From Octopus bimaculoides (lineage: Eukaryota): a stretch of DNA of 63,910 nt. The stretch's first letter is position 1. The number at the start of each line of letters is the position of its first letter. A program made the translations under genes and the position numbers. The notes below the pieces were generated by a model, which saw nothing but the letters and a program-made list of their open reading frames with translations, made no database searches and was not told the DNA's origin. The stretch is from assembly GCF_001194135.2 (NCBI RefSeq), contig NC_068982.1:89000056-89063965 (forward strand), written 5' to 3'. Positions 13,268 through 26,397 of the stretch are shown one piece after another.

Positions 13268-14299
13268 TATAATTTAAATGGATTAGAATAAAACGTTAGG
13301 CGAATACAGAGCGTATTTAAATAAATAGTATGACAAGGGAACAGGAAGTACGTAATCAGTTTCATTAACTTAACAGCTGTTTCTGCAATAGGAGGTAGTG
13401 CACTTAGACTTGAGCACTTGTTCATCACCTTGTAGCAGACACAGCTGTAAGCGAATGAAGATGGTTTCATAATTCCTATACTCTTGCCATTCTGTTAAAT
13501 CAAATATTTGTGTGTATGCGTGTGCATGTCTGTGTATCTGTGTGTATGTGCATGTGTGTGCATATATCTATGTCGGCACTGTAGCGCGCTAAATAAAATT
13601 TGGGTTAGCTTCTATATGAACTTGAACTATTTGTGATTAATGCCAGGACCAGCTGCTTTGCACGCTTCTTTCTCCTTCCATTGTGCCAATAAGCGTCATT
13701 TATGTGCAAGGAGTTGAGACAGATATGGTCATATCAGTGACTTTTGGACGACGTTTATTGAGTGTATGCCGTATAGGATTGGAAAGGTGAAAGAAAAAGG
13801 TGACCTTGGCGAAATTTGAATCCACAATGGAAAAGGATGTAGCATAATTACTTTAAACTAATGAAAATTAATAACACGTGTTTTTTTTTGTAATGAAGCT
13901 GTCACGGCTGTTCAGTTATGTAGTTTACATTCAATTCATGTGGTTCTGTATTGGACTACATCACGCAATGCAGCACCTCAAATAATAAGTCTCCTATATA
14001 TCGGCTCGACCGAAATTTTGTCAAGTAACTGAGTAAAATGAAATTATACGGAAACCCAGATAATGGTCTGTACTTGTTATTGGGTGCTAGACTTGATACG
14101 GCACCCGATTTGATTCCACATCCTACCTGATTTTTGCCTTTAATGGAAACAGCTCTGTTGAAGGCTTTAGAGCCAGATCTCCATTCTGAGAGTAATTAAT
14201 GTGTCGTTATTTATTCTCTTTTCTTTCGCCGGTCTTGGAAGCTTTGCATAATGGTCTTCGATGATGATAATTCTTCTTCTAAGTAATTATTAAAGTAAG

Positions 14300-14560
14300 A
14301 AATTGAAGGATATAAATCGCTCAATGAAGGAGTATGAAATAAAGAGAGAAAAAATATACGATACATTAACACAATTGTGGACAAAGCAAATGATTTATGG
14401 CATATACGAAAGAGAGATAGACGTGAACAAAACATTTATCGAGGAAATTGAAAGGCAATTGATACAAAAATGAATGAAATCTCTAATTGCTGGATAGAGG
14501 AAGCTGATTACATCTCATTCCCGTGTCACGAATTCTTATATCACTGCAGACATTGTTTTA
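14300..14560 (+). mobile_element. Possible old R4/Dong-like fragment
   Basis: LWTKQMIYGIYEREID...K*MKSLIAG* loosely resembles the W.xKxMHGxY...ETESLxxAAQ region; weak. Confidence 0.3.
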
Positions 14561-15110
14561 ACACCTCAGGCAAAACACTTAACTTTGTTGATCTACGGCT
14601 ATATTTTTTAAAGCTATATACAAAATCGTTAGTATTAAACGTGACTGTCTACTTGTTCGCACTCTGTGTATTTATGTTGATTGCGTTTACAAGTATTGTT
14701 CTATTAAGATGTTGTAAATCTTATGCATAACGACAGACCCTTTGGCAATGTTTGTATGACAGTGAACCAACGAAAGCTTAACATACTATTCCACTATTTT
14801 AATTTTGTTGTGTCTGAAGTTATATATAGTAAAAGACTTTTGAGTTTATTGCGGAAATTATCGGCTGGCGAAGACCAAGAAATTCTGATAATCAATTTTT
14901 GGCATTCGAAAGATCGAAATTTTCACGAAAAGATTTAGTAACTTTCATTATGTTTTGAGCCACACTCTCTTTTTTTATCAACTACTTCTGTTATCGAAAC
15001 TGTAAAGTATGTCAGTCAACATATTCTACCTCATTTGCAATCAGCTGATAGGTTCTATAACAGGATTGTATTACAGACAAATACACACATACATACATAT
15101 ATGTAAATGT

Positions 15111-15150
<40 letters not shown>

Positions 15151-16654
15151 TTTAAAACTAGCAATGCGCTATATCTACGGCTAAGTTAGAATACATTCAC
15201 TGACCCAGTTCAATTTATTATAAATGTGAGATGTTTGCCTTAGGCAGCACAGCTTGAAACTGTAAGTTATGAAATTAATAACAATTTCACATCATACATC
15301 CTTCATACGACCACTTCTATCCTTCAATTTACCTGAGTAAAAGTCATACTAACTTCCGTTATTTATACCTCTACAATAATCTCGGACTACCTGAAACAGC
15401 AATAGGTATTTTAACTATTCAATTTGACCAATAAGATATGTCATATTTGATCTTCCTACTTCAGTTTATGACTTCAAACATCGTAAAGAATCTGATAACT
15501 CCTGTTTAAATTTATTCTCATTGAAAGCAAAATATTAAAAATTTTATTGGCAGAATATTGTCGAATTCAAGGATTTTGAGACCAATCCGTTAGTGTCGAT
15601 CCAAGAACCAGCTGCTTTGATGTTTTCTTTACTATCAGTCTCTTCAATGAGTGTTTTCCTATCAGTGTAAAGATAGAAGCAAAGGTTAAAACTTTTTTAG
15701 CAGACCAACGATCAAAGGCATCTCAGTGATGACAATCCCGCTTTGTATCCCGCTAATGTATCCCCAAATAGGGTACTTATTATGTGCGTTTTCCCATAAA
15801 AAATTGTGGTTTGATAAAGACTTACTTTTCATTTCTAGCGGGTTGAGTGACTACCTGCAGCCTTTCTCTGGTATATTTTTGAAGAAGGAAACTCGAGAAA
15901 TCGTAAGGTTTTTCGGAGCCATGGGTAGATAATTATTGTACACAAAAACCAAATATTCGCTCAACACGGTTAGAATTGGGTTTGTAATGCTAAATGCAAA
16001 TACATTCTGCAATTCGAGAATTTTATTAAAATAAACCCGAAAGTTATGATTAGAGGAAATATAAAATAGGAAAATGTCACGTTCATTAATTTTTCTAATG
16101 TAATTAAAGCAATAGTAAAATGCGTACAAGTCTAGCGAACGCAGAATAAATACGTGGCTCATCAATAAATCATTATATCAATATAAACCGCTGCCGCTCA
16201 CTTTCGTATATATTTTGGTATTAACGTCTATCATGTCCCTAATAGTTTTATGTGTCCATGTAGTCGCGAACAGCTACCCTTGTTGGCCATGTGGAACATC
16301 TCAAATGAGACAGATGAAAGCAGAGAGAGAGCAGAACTGCAGCAGCACTTCACAAGTACTTTGTTTATAGACTCTAAAATGTCGAAAGAATACTAGCGTT
16401 CGTTACAGTAAAAGAAGACATCGTCTCAAGATATCTTTTAACTTCTTTTTGGCCATATCATAATGCTGCTCAATACTTAGTGCATCTTAATAATACAAAG
16501 TTTCAGGCCTGGTACCAGCAGTATCAATCTCCCCAAATATGAGACAGTTGCAGAGGTCGAGATTTAGAGACCACATTAAAATTGCCACTTAAAATCACAT
16601 CCGATCAATCCATATAATCTCCCTCTGAACATCCTAAGCACTAGGTCATTTCAT

Positions 16655-16775
16655 CAAGGTATCACCAAGCTATCATTACCATGTCACCAAAGTATCACCA
16701 AAGCATCATCAAGATATCAAATAAGCTGTACCAAGATATCAACAAAGTGGTACCCAGGTTCCAACAAGATAACAC
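16655..16775. repeat. Degenerate ~11-bp minisatellite (consensus ~GTATCACCAAA)
   Basis: ggtatcaccaa gctatcattac catgtcaccaa agtatcaccaa agcatcatcaa gatatc... about 10 units. Confidence 0.7.
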
Positions 16776-17269
16776 TAATGAAAGACAAGAATTCATACAA
16801 ACAGGTTTTGCATACACGTTTAACTGATGAAGCCACTCTGTTGATAATCAAGGGTTTTCAGAAGCAGGAGCTATGTAATATGGATAAAACTCAAATAAAT
16901 CCTATTGATACATGTCACAGCTGGAGTAAGAAGGAACAGCACGTTTGTGCTTGAATCCTTTGCAAGATCCAAAACTAAGCTAAAGATGAGGATGTTGTTA
17001 GATGTAGCAATGCACTATCAATACAAAATGAGAAACAATGACATGTGAGTGGAGCTGGAACATGGAAACTGCGTGGGATCTCGTATTATATAATGTATAT
17101 ATGGGGTAGAGAGCGTGTATGCGTGTGCGTTAGACTTTCGGCTTGTGTTTATCACCAACTACCACTTGACAACTGTAGTGGGTTTCTTTACGTCGCCCAT
17201 AACATATCGGTTCACCATAAGAAGAAATAGAATAAGAATCAGACTTCAAAAGCAGAAGAAGCAAAAGAA

Positions 17270-18039
17270 AAGAAAAGATAGCAGAGACTTTAGACTGCAA
17301 GAACTCAAAAACACCCTAATTGACAGACACTACCCAGTTCAACTCATGGAGGATGGAATCAGACGTGCAACACAAATCGACATAGAAACCTCAAGAAATG
17401 TTCAACACAGCAACACAACTTCCCCGAAAATACTGTCGTACATATCCACATACAACTCCAGAAACAAAGAAGCTTTCACCATCATCACCCAAAATATACC
17501 AATGCTACATAAGGACCCCAAATTAAAGGAAATTTTACACACACGTAAGATCATTACAAGCCACGAACAACCAAAATCACTAAAAAAGATCTTCACAAAA
17601 GCAAAATTACTTTCTAAAATAATGGACGCAAATGTGAAAAAAATGTGGTCGACCAAATTGCGCAACATGCCCAAACCTTCTTAAAGGATCAGAATTCCTT
17701 TTCAAAGAGGGACAAAACTTCATAATCAAATCTGACTTTACTTTTGCTTCAGAAAATTTGATTTATATTATAAGATGCCCGAGCTGCCACCAAAACTACA
17801 AAGGGTCCACGTGATTATCGCTCAGACACATATGCACTCTGCACCGGCAACAGATTGCATTCCCAGAATATAGAATGATACCCTTTAGTGAACATATTGA
17901 GAAATGCGCAAAGCAACAGCTACCGCAATTTGTATTCGTTCCATTTTATCAATGTGCCATTCGAACACCAACACAAGCTAGATTGAATAAGGAAATCTAC
18001 TTCATTGAAAAATATAAGCTAAAACTTAACCATTTCTAG
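17270..18039 (+). mobile_element. Penelope-like element (Neptune-type) RT thumb plus GIY-YIG endonuclease fossil
   Basis: RDFRLQELKNTLIDRHYP...YISTYNSRN; after a frameshift KCGRPNCATC (Cx4CxxC linker), NLIYIIRCPSCHQNYKGST* (GIY-YIG equivalent), HRQQI...SEHIEKC, then KEIYFIEKYK. Confidence 0.88.
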
Positions 18040-18554
18040 CATTTTTAAATAAGGAAACTTATCTCATTGAAAAAAATATAAAACAGAACCTAACCACTTG
18101 TAGCATTCTATTCTTTCTAAACCAAATCATGTTAAATTAATAAAACCTAATCATTCCTAACATTTTTTATTATCTCCCTTATACCAAAAGGATCTCTGAT
18201 TACCTTCCACTATCGAGAACTTCATATTTCACAAACATAGCGAAGAGTTGACACAATATAGGTAAAGAAATTTGTGGAATTTGAAAGAAAATACGAAGCG
18301 GTTATTTCTCCAAAACAATGTCACTATACGCAAAATTTTATAACAATTTTCTAACACAACAATTTAAATATATTCTTTAACCATATAACATACGCCTTCT
18401 GTAGTTTTTTCACTCTATTTTGTCTTTTAAACATCCAACCACGTGCTTTCACATTCCAACTCTCTCATACATATATTAATATATATGTACATATATATAC
18501 ATATTTATATATATGCATATATATACATATATATATATATCCATATATATATAC

Positions 18555-18601
<47 letters not shown>

Positions 18602-19144
18602 CATGTATATATATATATATATATATNNNNNNNNNNNNNNNNNNNNNNNNNNNNNNNNNNNNNNNNNNNNNNNNNNNNNNNNNNNNNNNNNNNNNNNNNN
18701 NNNNNNNNNNNNNNNNNNNNNNNNNNNNNNNNNNNNNNNNNNNNNNNNNNNNNNNNNNNNNNNNNNNNNNNNNNNNNNNNNNNNNNNNNNNNNNNNNNNN
18801 NNNNNNNNNNNNNNNNNNNNNNNNNNNNNNNNNNNNNNNNNNNNNNNNNNNNNNNNNNNNNNNNNNNNNNNNNNNNNNNNNNNNNNNNNNNNNNNNNNNN
18901 NNNNNNNNNNNNNNNNNNNNNNNNNNNNNNNNNNNNNNNNNNNNNNNNNNNNNNNNNNNNNNNNNNNNNNNNNNNNNNNNNNNNNNNNNNNNNNNNNNNN
19001 NNNNNNNNNNNNNNNNNNNNNNNNNNNNNNNNNNNNNNNNNNNNNNNNNNNNNNNNNNNNNNNNNNNNNNNNNNNNNNNNNNNNNNNNNNNNNNNNNNNN
19101 NNNNNNNNNNNNNNNNNNNNNNNNNNNNNNNNNNNNNNNNNNNN

Positions 19145-19189
<45 letters not shown>

Positions 19190-19194
19190 AATAA

Positions 19195-19408
19195 AAGGGT
19201 GGCTGAAAAAGTTCCTTGCTTTGAAGGTTTCGTGAAAGGCCTGGTTGGGGGCCCCACCTTCCAAGTTCATTTACAGGGCTTAGAAAAACTAAAGGACCAC
19301 TGCAATACGTGTGTGAATCTGAGAGGGGAATGTCTTGAATAAAAATCATAGTTAACGGATCCACTTGTATTTTCTTTTAGCCCAAGCCAGTAGCTTTTCA
19401 ACACCCCA
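19195..19408 (+). mobile_element. Mariner-derived MITE (~215 bp internal-deletion derivative)
   Basis: Imperfect TIRs gggtggctgaaaaagttccttgctt and aagccagtagcttttcaacacccc. The interior encodes the mariner C-terminus GLEKLKDHCNTCVNLRGECLE*. Confidence 0.8.
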
Positions 19409-20173
19409 TCCCTCGGTACATATACAATTACTGTCTATCAAATTCAGTCACAACACATTGGTTGGTCGGTCCAAAAGCTTTAGTAGAAAACACTTACTGA
19501 AGATATCACGCAGTGTAACTCAACCTGAAACCCATAAATAACATCATCAACTATACAATATGTTAAAAGACAGATAGGAGTCAATACTTGCAGACCACCT
19601 TTCTTATTAACATCCAGACATCCTCTTGGTGTTGCAGCCGTAGAGTATTTTCTGCACAAGCGACACGCCATTCACCTTTCTTTAGATGTGTTGCATCTCA
19701 TTCATAATGGTAAGCCTATAAAATCTTAATGTATACATTTATTTCCTGTTTATATTCTACGGACATCTTTTTTTTTTCGCTCTCATCTCTGTTAATATGT
19801 TCATCATTTTGCTACAAAAATTATTATCAGTAATTGTCAGTTTACCAAAGAAATTAGTGATTTATATGTTGGTTTAGATTGCATAATTCGAATTGCTTCT
19901 TACTAGGTGTGTGGGATGTAGGTGTATGCGTTCGGGTGTATATTCTGTTTGTCTTGCTAGCGTTTGTATGTGTGTCTGTATGATTTTATATGTGTGTCTT
20001 AATATATGTATTCGTGTGTATCTGGAAGCATGTGTGTGGTTCATGAATAAATCAAGCATCTACTAAGTTATATTCTTCCATAATAAATTGCTTGTAGAAG
20101 CATATGTATTTGTAAATAGTGTGCGTCTATGTTTTTGTGTGAATAAAAACACACATATGTTTGTTTGTGTGTT

Positions 20174-20217
<44 letters not shown>

Positions 20218-20705
20218 NNNNNNNNNNNNNNNNNNNNNNNNNNNNNNNNNNNNNNNNNNNNNNNNNNNNNNNNNNNNNNNNNNNNNNNNNNNNNNNNNNN
20301 NNNNNNNNNNNNNNNNNNNNNNNNNNNNNNNNNNNNNNNNNNNNNNNNNNNNNNNNNNNNNNNNNNNNNNNNNNNNNNNNNNNNNNNNNNNNNNNNNNNN
20401 NNNNNNNNNNNNNNNNNNNNNNNNNNNNNNNNNNNNNNNNNNNNNNNNNNNNNNNNNNNNNNNNNNNNNNNNNNNNNNNNNNNNNNNNNNNNNNNNNNNN
20501 NNNNNNNNNNNNNNNNNNNNNNNNNNNNNNNNNNNNNNNNNNNNNNNNNNNNNNNNNNNNNNNNNNNNNNNNNNNNNNNNNNNNNNNNNNNNNNNNNNNN
20601 NNNNNNNNNNNNNNNNNNNNNNNNNNNNNNNNNNNNNNNNNNNNNNNNNNNNNNNNNNNNNNNNNNNNNNNNNNNNNNNNNNNNNNNNNNNNNNNNNNNN
20701 NNNNN

Positions 20706-20773
<68 letters not shown>

Positions 20774-21269
20774 GCGTGTGTGAACAAAGAAACCAAGACA
20801 GAATAATGAAAGGACCGAAGGAATGAATGATGGTTATACACATAAGATAATTTCTCAAATCGATGTCCACTTACAAGATAGTCTTTAGATACTATTCGCA
20901 TATGTTCTATATTTGTTGTTTCAAATAATGTATTGTTCTAACTTGCTATTGATTTATAACAGAAGATGAGGTGGCATTGATGGATCTGCTTCCCCTTTAG
21001 CCCAGTTCGGAAACTTGGAAAGCATTCAAACGCTAGCCTAGTATTCCTTTCCCCTGCATTTGTGACATACATTAACTGCTGTAATCTGCTTTACATCCAT
21101 CTTCTACAACTCCTTCTCAAACTCCTTGTTTATTTCATGATTATCTACGGTGTCGTTTGTCTAAGTTAACATACGTATAGGACCTGAATGCGAACGAATT
21201 TTATTTTGAATGAATTACTGATGTAATAAAACTAGCGTTCTCTTGATGAAACCGTGATGAAAAGTTGGT

Positions 21270-22641
21270 TTTATCTTGGTGAAGCACCTCTGTAATAAGA
21301 GTGGTACGGCTGAAAGTACATGGTATGTAACTGAAAATCCCAGTTTATCTAGATTCTCCTTTAAGTATTTACTAACACCTAGTGATCCAATAATTATTGG
21401 TATGAATATGAATTCATAGTCCGAATAGAGAAGCTTGAATTATCGAAGCAGTTATCCATGGATATCCTCTTTTTCTTTGATTTTCAAAGAGATATTTATA
21501 TCTGCTGAGCAGCTGATCTGTTTGATGATACCTACCTTTGCCGCTCGTCCCAAACAACAATATCCGACCGGTTTGTGTACATTTGACAGAAGTTTTGATA
21601 GGAATATTCCACCAGGATTCCTTGAGTTAATGTTTATGAATATATTCCATAACAGAGGGATTTTCTAAGTTTATTTCAGGACTGTCTTTTTTGTGGATGG
21701 CATTGTAAATTGTTTTAGCAACGACATCGTGCTGCATAAGGCGGTAGTACCGTGACGACATTTTAGGACAGCTGCTAATCACATATGTGACGTCTTCCAC
21801 AGAAACATGATATAGCCTACACGTGCAGTTACACCTTGGAATTACAAGAGCGTCACTGTTTCTCTTCTTCACCAGCTACTTTGTGGCAATCTCCTGTTCC
21901 TTCAAAGTGTGATGTGATGTAGTGGTCTTGTGCCCAAGAGAGATTGCTCTTCGTGTCAACTCTACTGTCTTCTTCAAGCTTCCAGGCAACTCACCTATGC
22001 ATGCTGAGTGCTTTCCATCCTGGTCTTCTCTGAGGTAAGTGAACCCAGCTATTTTGGGGCTGTATAGGAGATCATCAGGAAGAGAGTGTTCCTTGAGGAG
22101 TTCACTGCCAATTCATACAATGTTGCTCACTTCACTTTTCGGTACTGCATTTGTATATCTATTTTGCTGCTGTTGTTTAGCAGGTGCAGCCTGAAAGATA
22201 CCATATGGTATTCGAAGGCCGTTTGCACTGATCTCAGGCCTCTTAACACCTTCATTTCTTCTTGGGTAGAGCCTGTCAACATCACTGTTTCTGTAGAAGT
22301 TTCCAGTTGTTGTCAGGATTTTGCTGGTTTTGATATCTATGGAGTGAATTTCCTCTACAGACCAATCTAGTATCCCAAATGTTAAGATCAGTACTGGTAC
22401 TGCAAATGCATTGTGGGAAATTGTTTTGTTGTAAGTGGAGAGTTCCGACTACCATATTTTTCCAAAGTCTGGTGTAATACTCTCGAGTCACTTTATCTTT
22501 ATTCACAGTACCTTCATATGATACATTTTCGTGTATGCCTAGGTACTTGTAACATTTTTCGAGTGGAATGGGATATATAGAGATACCGTTGATGCACAGG
22601 TTTTTGGTTTGGGGAACTGATTTTGCTCGTTCTATAACCAA
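21270..22641 (-). mobile_element. R4/Dong-like RLE retrotransposon, 5'-truncated
   Basis: YKYLGI (late RT), CRLYHVSVEDVTYVISSCPKMSSRYY..HDVVAK (CCHC region), WWNIPIKTS...SDIVVWDE..ISCSADINI (RLE PD..D region), FIPIIIGSLG. Confidence 0.88.
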
Positions 22642-22665
22642 TGTATGTATGTATGTACGAATGTA

Positions 22666-23583
22666 CTAGCTGACGTACCCAGTAGTTCCCGGAAAAGTGG
22701 GGCTTATCCCTTGGTTCTGTTCTCATAATTGTTTCGCTAATCTAATAACAACAGTACAAAGTATGTAACCCTTAAAACGGATTTTGTGCATTTAAAGAGA
22801 ATACCAAACTGTCTTACACAGGATCTTGCTTTTAGAAATTCCTAATAAGTTATGAATACCCAAAGTGTGATGTCAGTTATGTAATAACATGAAATTAGTT
22901 ACCTGGTAGTAAGAATTAAAATAAAGTAGCCCCTAAAAGGGCTTTAATGCGTTTCCAGTGTATATAGAACGTAGGAGGAAATACTTATAAGGTTTGTATA
23001 CTAAAATCGTGAAGCATGTTACGTAATAACAGGCTAATCAGATTTGAGATCATAACAATTCAAAGTAAATAACAAAGTAAGATAGCTTTTGTGCGTTCCC
23101 ATAGAATATTACTCTCAGAGGCTCTAGTGTTGGTATATTTGTGAATGAGTCACTAACCGAAATAAGTGGATCAATTGTTTAAGAAAATACAACTTACTTG
23201 TTTAAGGGTTGTACTGAAGAATTTGCGAAAATAACTCTAACAGTTCAATTACTAAGAAATAAGCATACTCAATTTCATTTATACCAAATAATTTTGGAAA
23301 ATGAAAAGGTTATTTCCCTTAGCTATATATAAGGATCCTTTACAGGTCTGAATGGGTTATTTCCCTTGGTTTTTGAAATAAAATATATTAGATACATATA
23401 GGATCCCTCCCAGGGGCCCTATTATCGATTTTTTCAACAATCCGAGTATACCATGAGATTTCCAGACATGAGATCTACTCACGTATCAAGTTTCTTCAAA
23501 ATCGATAAAACGATGTAGGAGAAGTTAGCTTACAACTCCACAAGCACTCCCACAGACAGAATTTCCCACGTATGTGGTAGAGA
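22666..23583 (-). mobile_element. Non-autonomous Helitron-like element (918 bp)
   Basis: On the minus strand it begins A|TC (23583) and ends CTAG|T (22666), with a degenerate GC hairpin (ccgggaactactggg) about 8 nt before CTAG. Non-coding; splits an (ATGT)n tract. Confidence 0.6.
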
Positions 23584-23661
23584 TGTATGTATGCATGTAT
23601 GCATGCGTGTATGCATGTATGTATGCACGCATGCATGCAAGCATACATGCATATATGTATG

Positions 23662-23695
<34 letters not shown>

Positions 23696-24649
23696 TGTAT
23701 GTGTGTGTGTAAATTTATATATATATGTATTATAAACATATATAAACTGATGTATTTTTCTTCGTACTCGACTGCTCGGAAACTATCTTTGCTCAGATGC
23801 TTTGCTATCACTTCTTGAACTAAGGCTAAGTGATTTCAAATTACAATGGACTCTCTCATTCCATGGCTTAGTAACAAAACATATGTACGAGCGTTTGGTA
23901 ATATATTTACAGGAAATTGATATCTCGGTACCCTATTAATTACATTCTGTCAAAATATTTACAAATTATTAGTTGTGTAATATAATAGAGTTGAATTCAA
24001 AAGCGATTGGCTTTCATCAGCAATTTTGTTCTGTTGTGATTGACCAAACAATAATTGATCATTAGTTTAATATAGGGAAATGTAAGGGGTAATGTGTTGG
24101 CCACGATTTACATTTCTATACTGTTTCTATCTAATAATAATTAAACCACAACTGCACTATATTTTGTGTATGAAAAACGTTGTTACTTAATATAGTTGAA
24201 TGAAATATTGTATTTCGGGATGGTCATTTATTTTTTTTATTGCAAATAAACACACGCACTATATATTAGTTTTTCACTCGTCTATTAATGTTCTTATTTT
24301 TTTTCTTTTAACTTATGTCCATTGTCCGGAAATCTTTCGTCACTCATATGTGACCTCTTCAATGACACTTTTCGTTTTCGCGTGTGCTCTTTCTCCAATT
24401 ACTCTTTGCTCTATGAAATGCTATTGTGTGAGATTACTGCTTTGTTGTATAATCATATTAAGGGTGTAATATATAAAGTGAAATCTATTAGTTAATGGTT
24501 AGAGCTAGACAAGTAGAATGACTTCAGAATTTCACATATATTAAGTGGATTATGCCTTCGTAGAACGCAGGTAGTATATGGATTTTTTACTGTTCTATTT
24601 TACTTGCTGAATCTGGTAGATGTAGAGTCCGTGACTTAAGCATGCTCTC

Positions 24650-25870
24650 TGAAACTGATGAAACTAATGCAGTTAATGATCCATTTAGAGGGTCGCAGGT
24701 CAACACCAGCAGCACAGAGGAAAACAGGAAGAAGTTCCCTGATTGCTGATGTTGCGGGGAAGACGGATTGGAGATATTGTGATTAGTGCAGTGAAGGAAG
24801 ATGGTGCATGGTACCGAGGGGTGGAGAGATGAGTAGACTCGGGTGCCTCAGTGGTGAATGTACAACCCAGCCTACTCCGAAGAGCAGGAACAATTACAAT
24901 GGCAATAGAAGAGAGAACATAACACGCCTGTGCGCCAGAGACACTATGAGATCCAGGATGTCAGCGTGCCTAACAGTAGCACTGTCCCAGATGTCGAGCA
25001 ATATACCGTTTGTTTGCCTACACTACATAGTGCAGATATAGTTTAATTAGTTAAGACAGAAATAATATTGAAACGTAGATTGCGACCAAAGTATCACCTC
25101 TTACATTTCCCTATATTCAACTAATGATCAATCATTGGCTTTGTGGTTGGTCAGTCACAACAAAACAAACCTTCTGCAAATAATCTAAAAGTATCAGCAG
25201 TAATTCTGAAGAGTATGAGCAGCCGTTGAGGGAGAAAATATCTCCTGGTCCTCAAGAGAAGCATTAGTGTTCGGGATGCCACCCTATCTATGTTAAGGAT
25301 ATGTTTTTGTCTACAGAAATCTTCGGTGCAGTTGAGGTTCAGTATGTGGAGCGATTGTGAGGGATGTAGCAGTCTCTAAACAAGGCTCTCTAAAAAAGAA
25401 TGTAGCTCCTGTTTTGAGAGGGTGTGTTGCGATGGTAGTTTTGTTGACATAAGTTGTGTCTGAGTTTTATAATGTTAAAATAAAAGAGACAAGATTGCCA
25501 TGGCTCCACAGGAGCATACTCTGAAGGTCTTCGTTTATAAAATCAATTTATGTCTAGCTTGTTACGTGTCGATGATGCATGGTTAGAGAAGATTAGTGGT
25601 GATGAGGAGTCGTGATATCTGCGTAAGAGTGTGTTTTGCTAGATGTGGAGGCAAGCAAGCAATTAATAGAAGAGAATGGAGGACGAGACGGAACCCTGGA
25701 AAACACCAGAGTTGATTGCGGAAAGCATTTGATAGAGAGTTGATAGAGAGTGGTTGAGAAAGAAATGCAATAGTGCGAACTGATAAGAGGCTATGGATCC
25801 AAGGAATAAGAGAGGATAGAACCCATAGACAGACAGCTGAATACGAGATTTGTACGCTAGACACGGCCGA
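24650..25870 (-). mobile_element. CR1/L2-like LINE RT-to-C-terminus fossil
   Basis: LSVYGFYPLL...INSGVFQGSV (cf. SGVPQGSVL), HSYADITT (cf. YADD), YCS-HIWDSA...LAHRR...QSVFPATSAI (cf. SFFPRTxxxWN). Confidence 0.8.
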
Positions 25871-25940
25871 AGGTCTTACTTATATTTTAAGCAACAACAT
25901 TGCTACCGAACATCCCTAAAGAGATAGCCACTGGTGAGTG

Positions 25941-26328
25941 ATTTGAAACTGTAGGTCGCCGGTGGATCTGACTCTGCAATAAATCTACTTTGTAATAATT
26001 TTCTTAAAATAATTATGCATCAACAAAAGTTATTAAAAATTTGAATAAACTTAAAAAAGAAAAATGTATGATGCCAAAAATGGTATTGTGGTAAGGTCGA
26101 TACGATACAATAATTTCTAAACTGAAAATAGGAAACTACTGAAATATGTCTGGTGATAATTGAACCGAACACAAAGATAAGAGAAATGTGAAATTAGTTG
26201 CACATTTCATTGCAATTAAAATTAATACCAAAAACGTTGAACTTATAAAGGAAATTGTGTTTGCTGAAATGTTAGATCAGTTGTAGTGAACGCCTTGTAA
26301 ACCAGATCAGCCGGCGGCTAGTCGAAAT
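25941..26328. mobile_element. Unclassified MITE-like element with ~30-bp imperfect terminal inverted repeats
   Basis: atttgaaactgtaggtcgccggtggatctg (25941-25970) versus the reverse complement of 26303-26328, atttcgactagccgccggctgatctg. Confidence 0.45.
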
Positions 26329-26397
26329 AAAAGTTGCATTTTTAGAAATGATTCTAATAGATTTTTCTTTTAATCTTTTTTTACTGTAGAAACAAGG

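Noticed and set aside
15851-15950. GSEKPY resembling a C2H2 zinc-finger linker
   Set aside because: No flanking CxxC or HxxxH; single short match.
23985-24030. Minus-strand CUGAUGA-AAGC-caauc-GCUU hammerhead-like start
   Set aside because: No GAAA at the right position, no stem III and no stem I partner.
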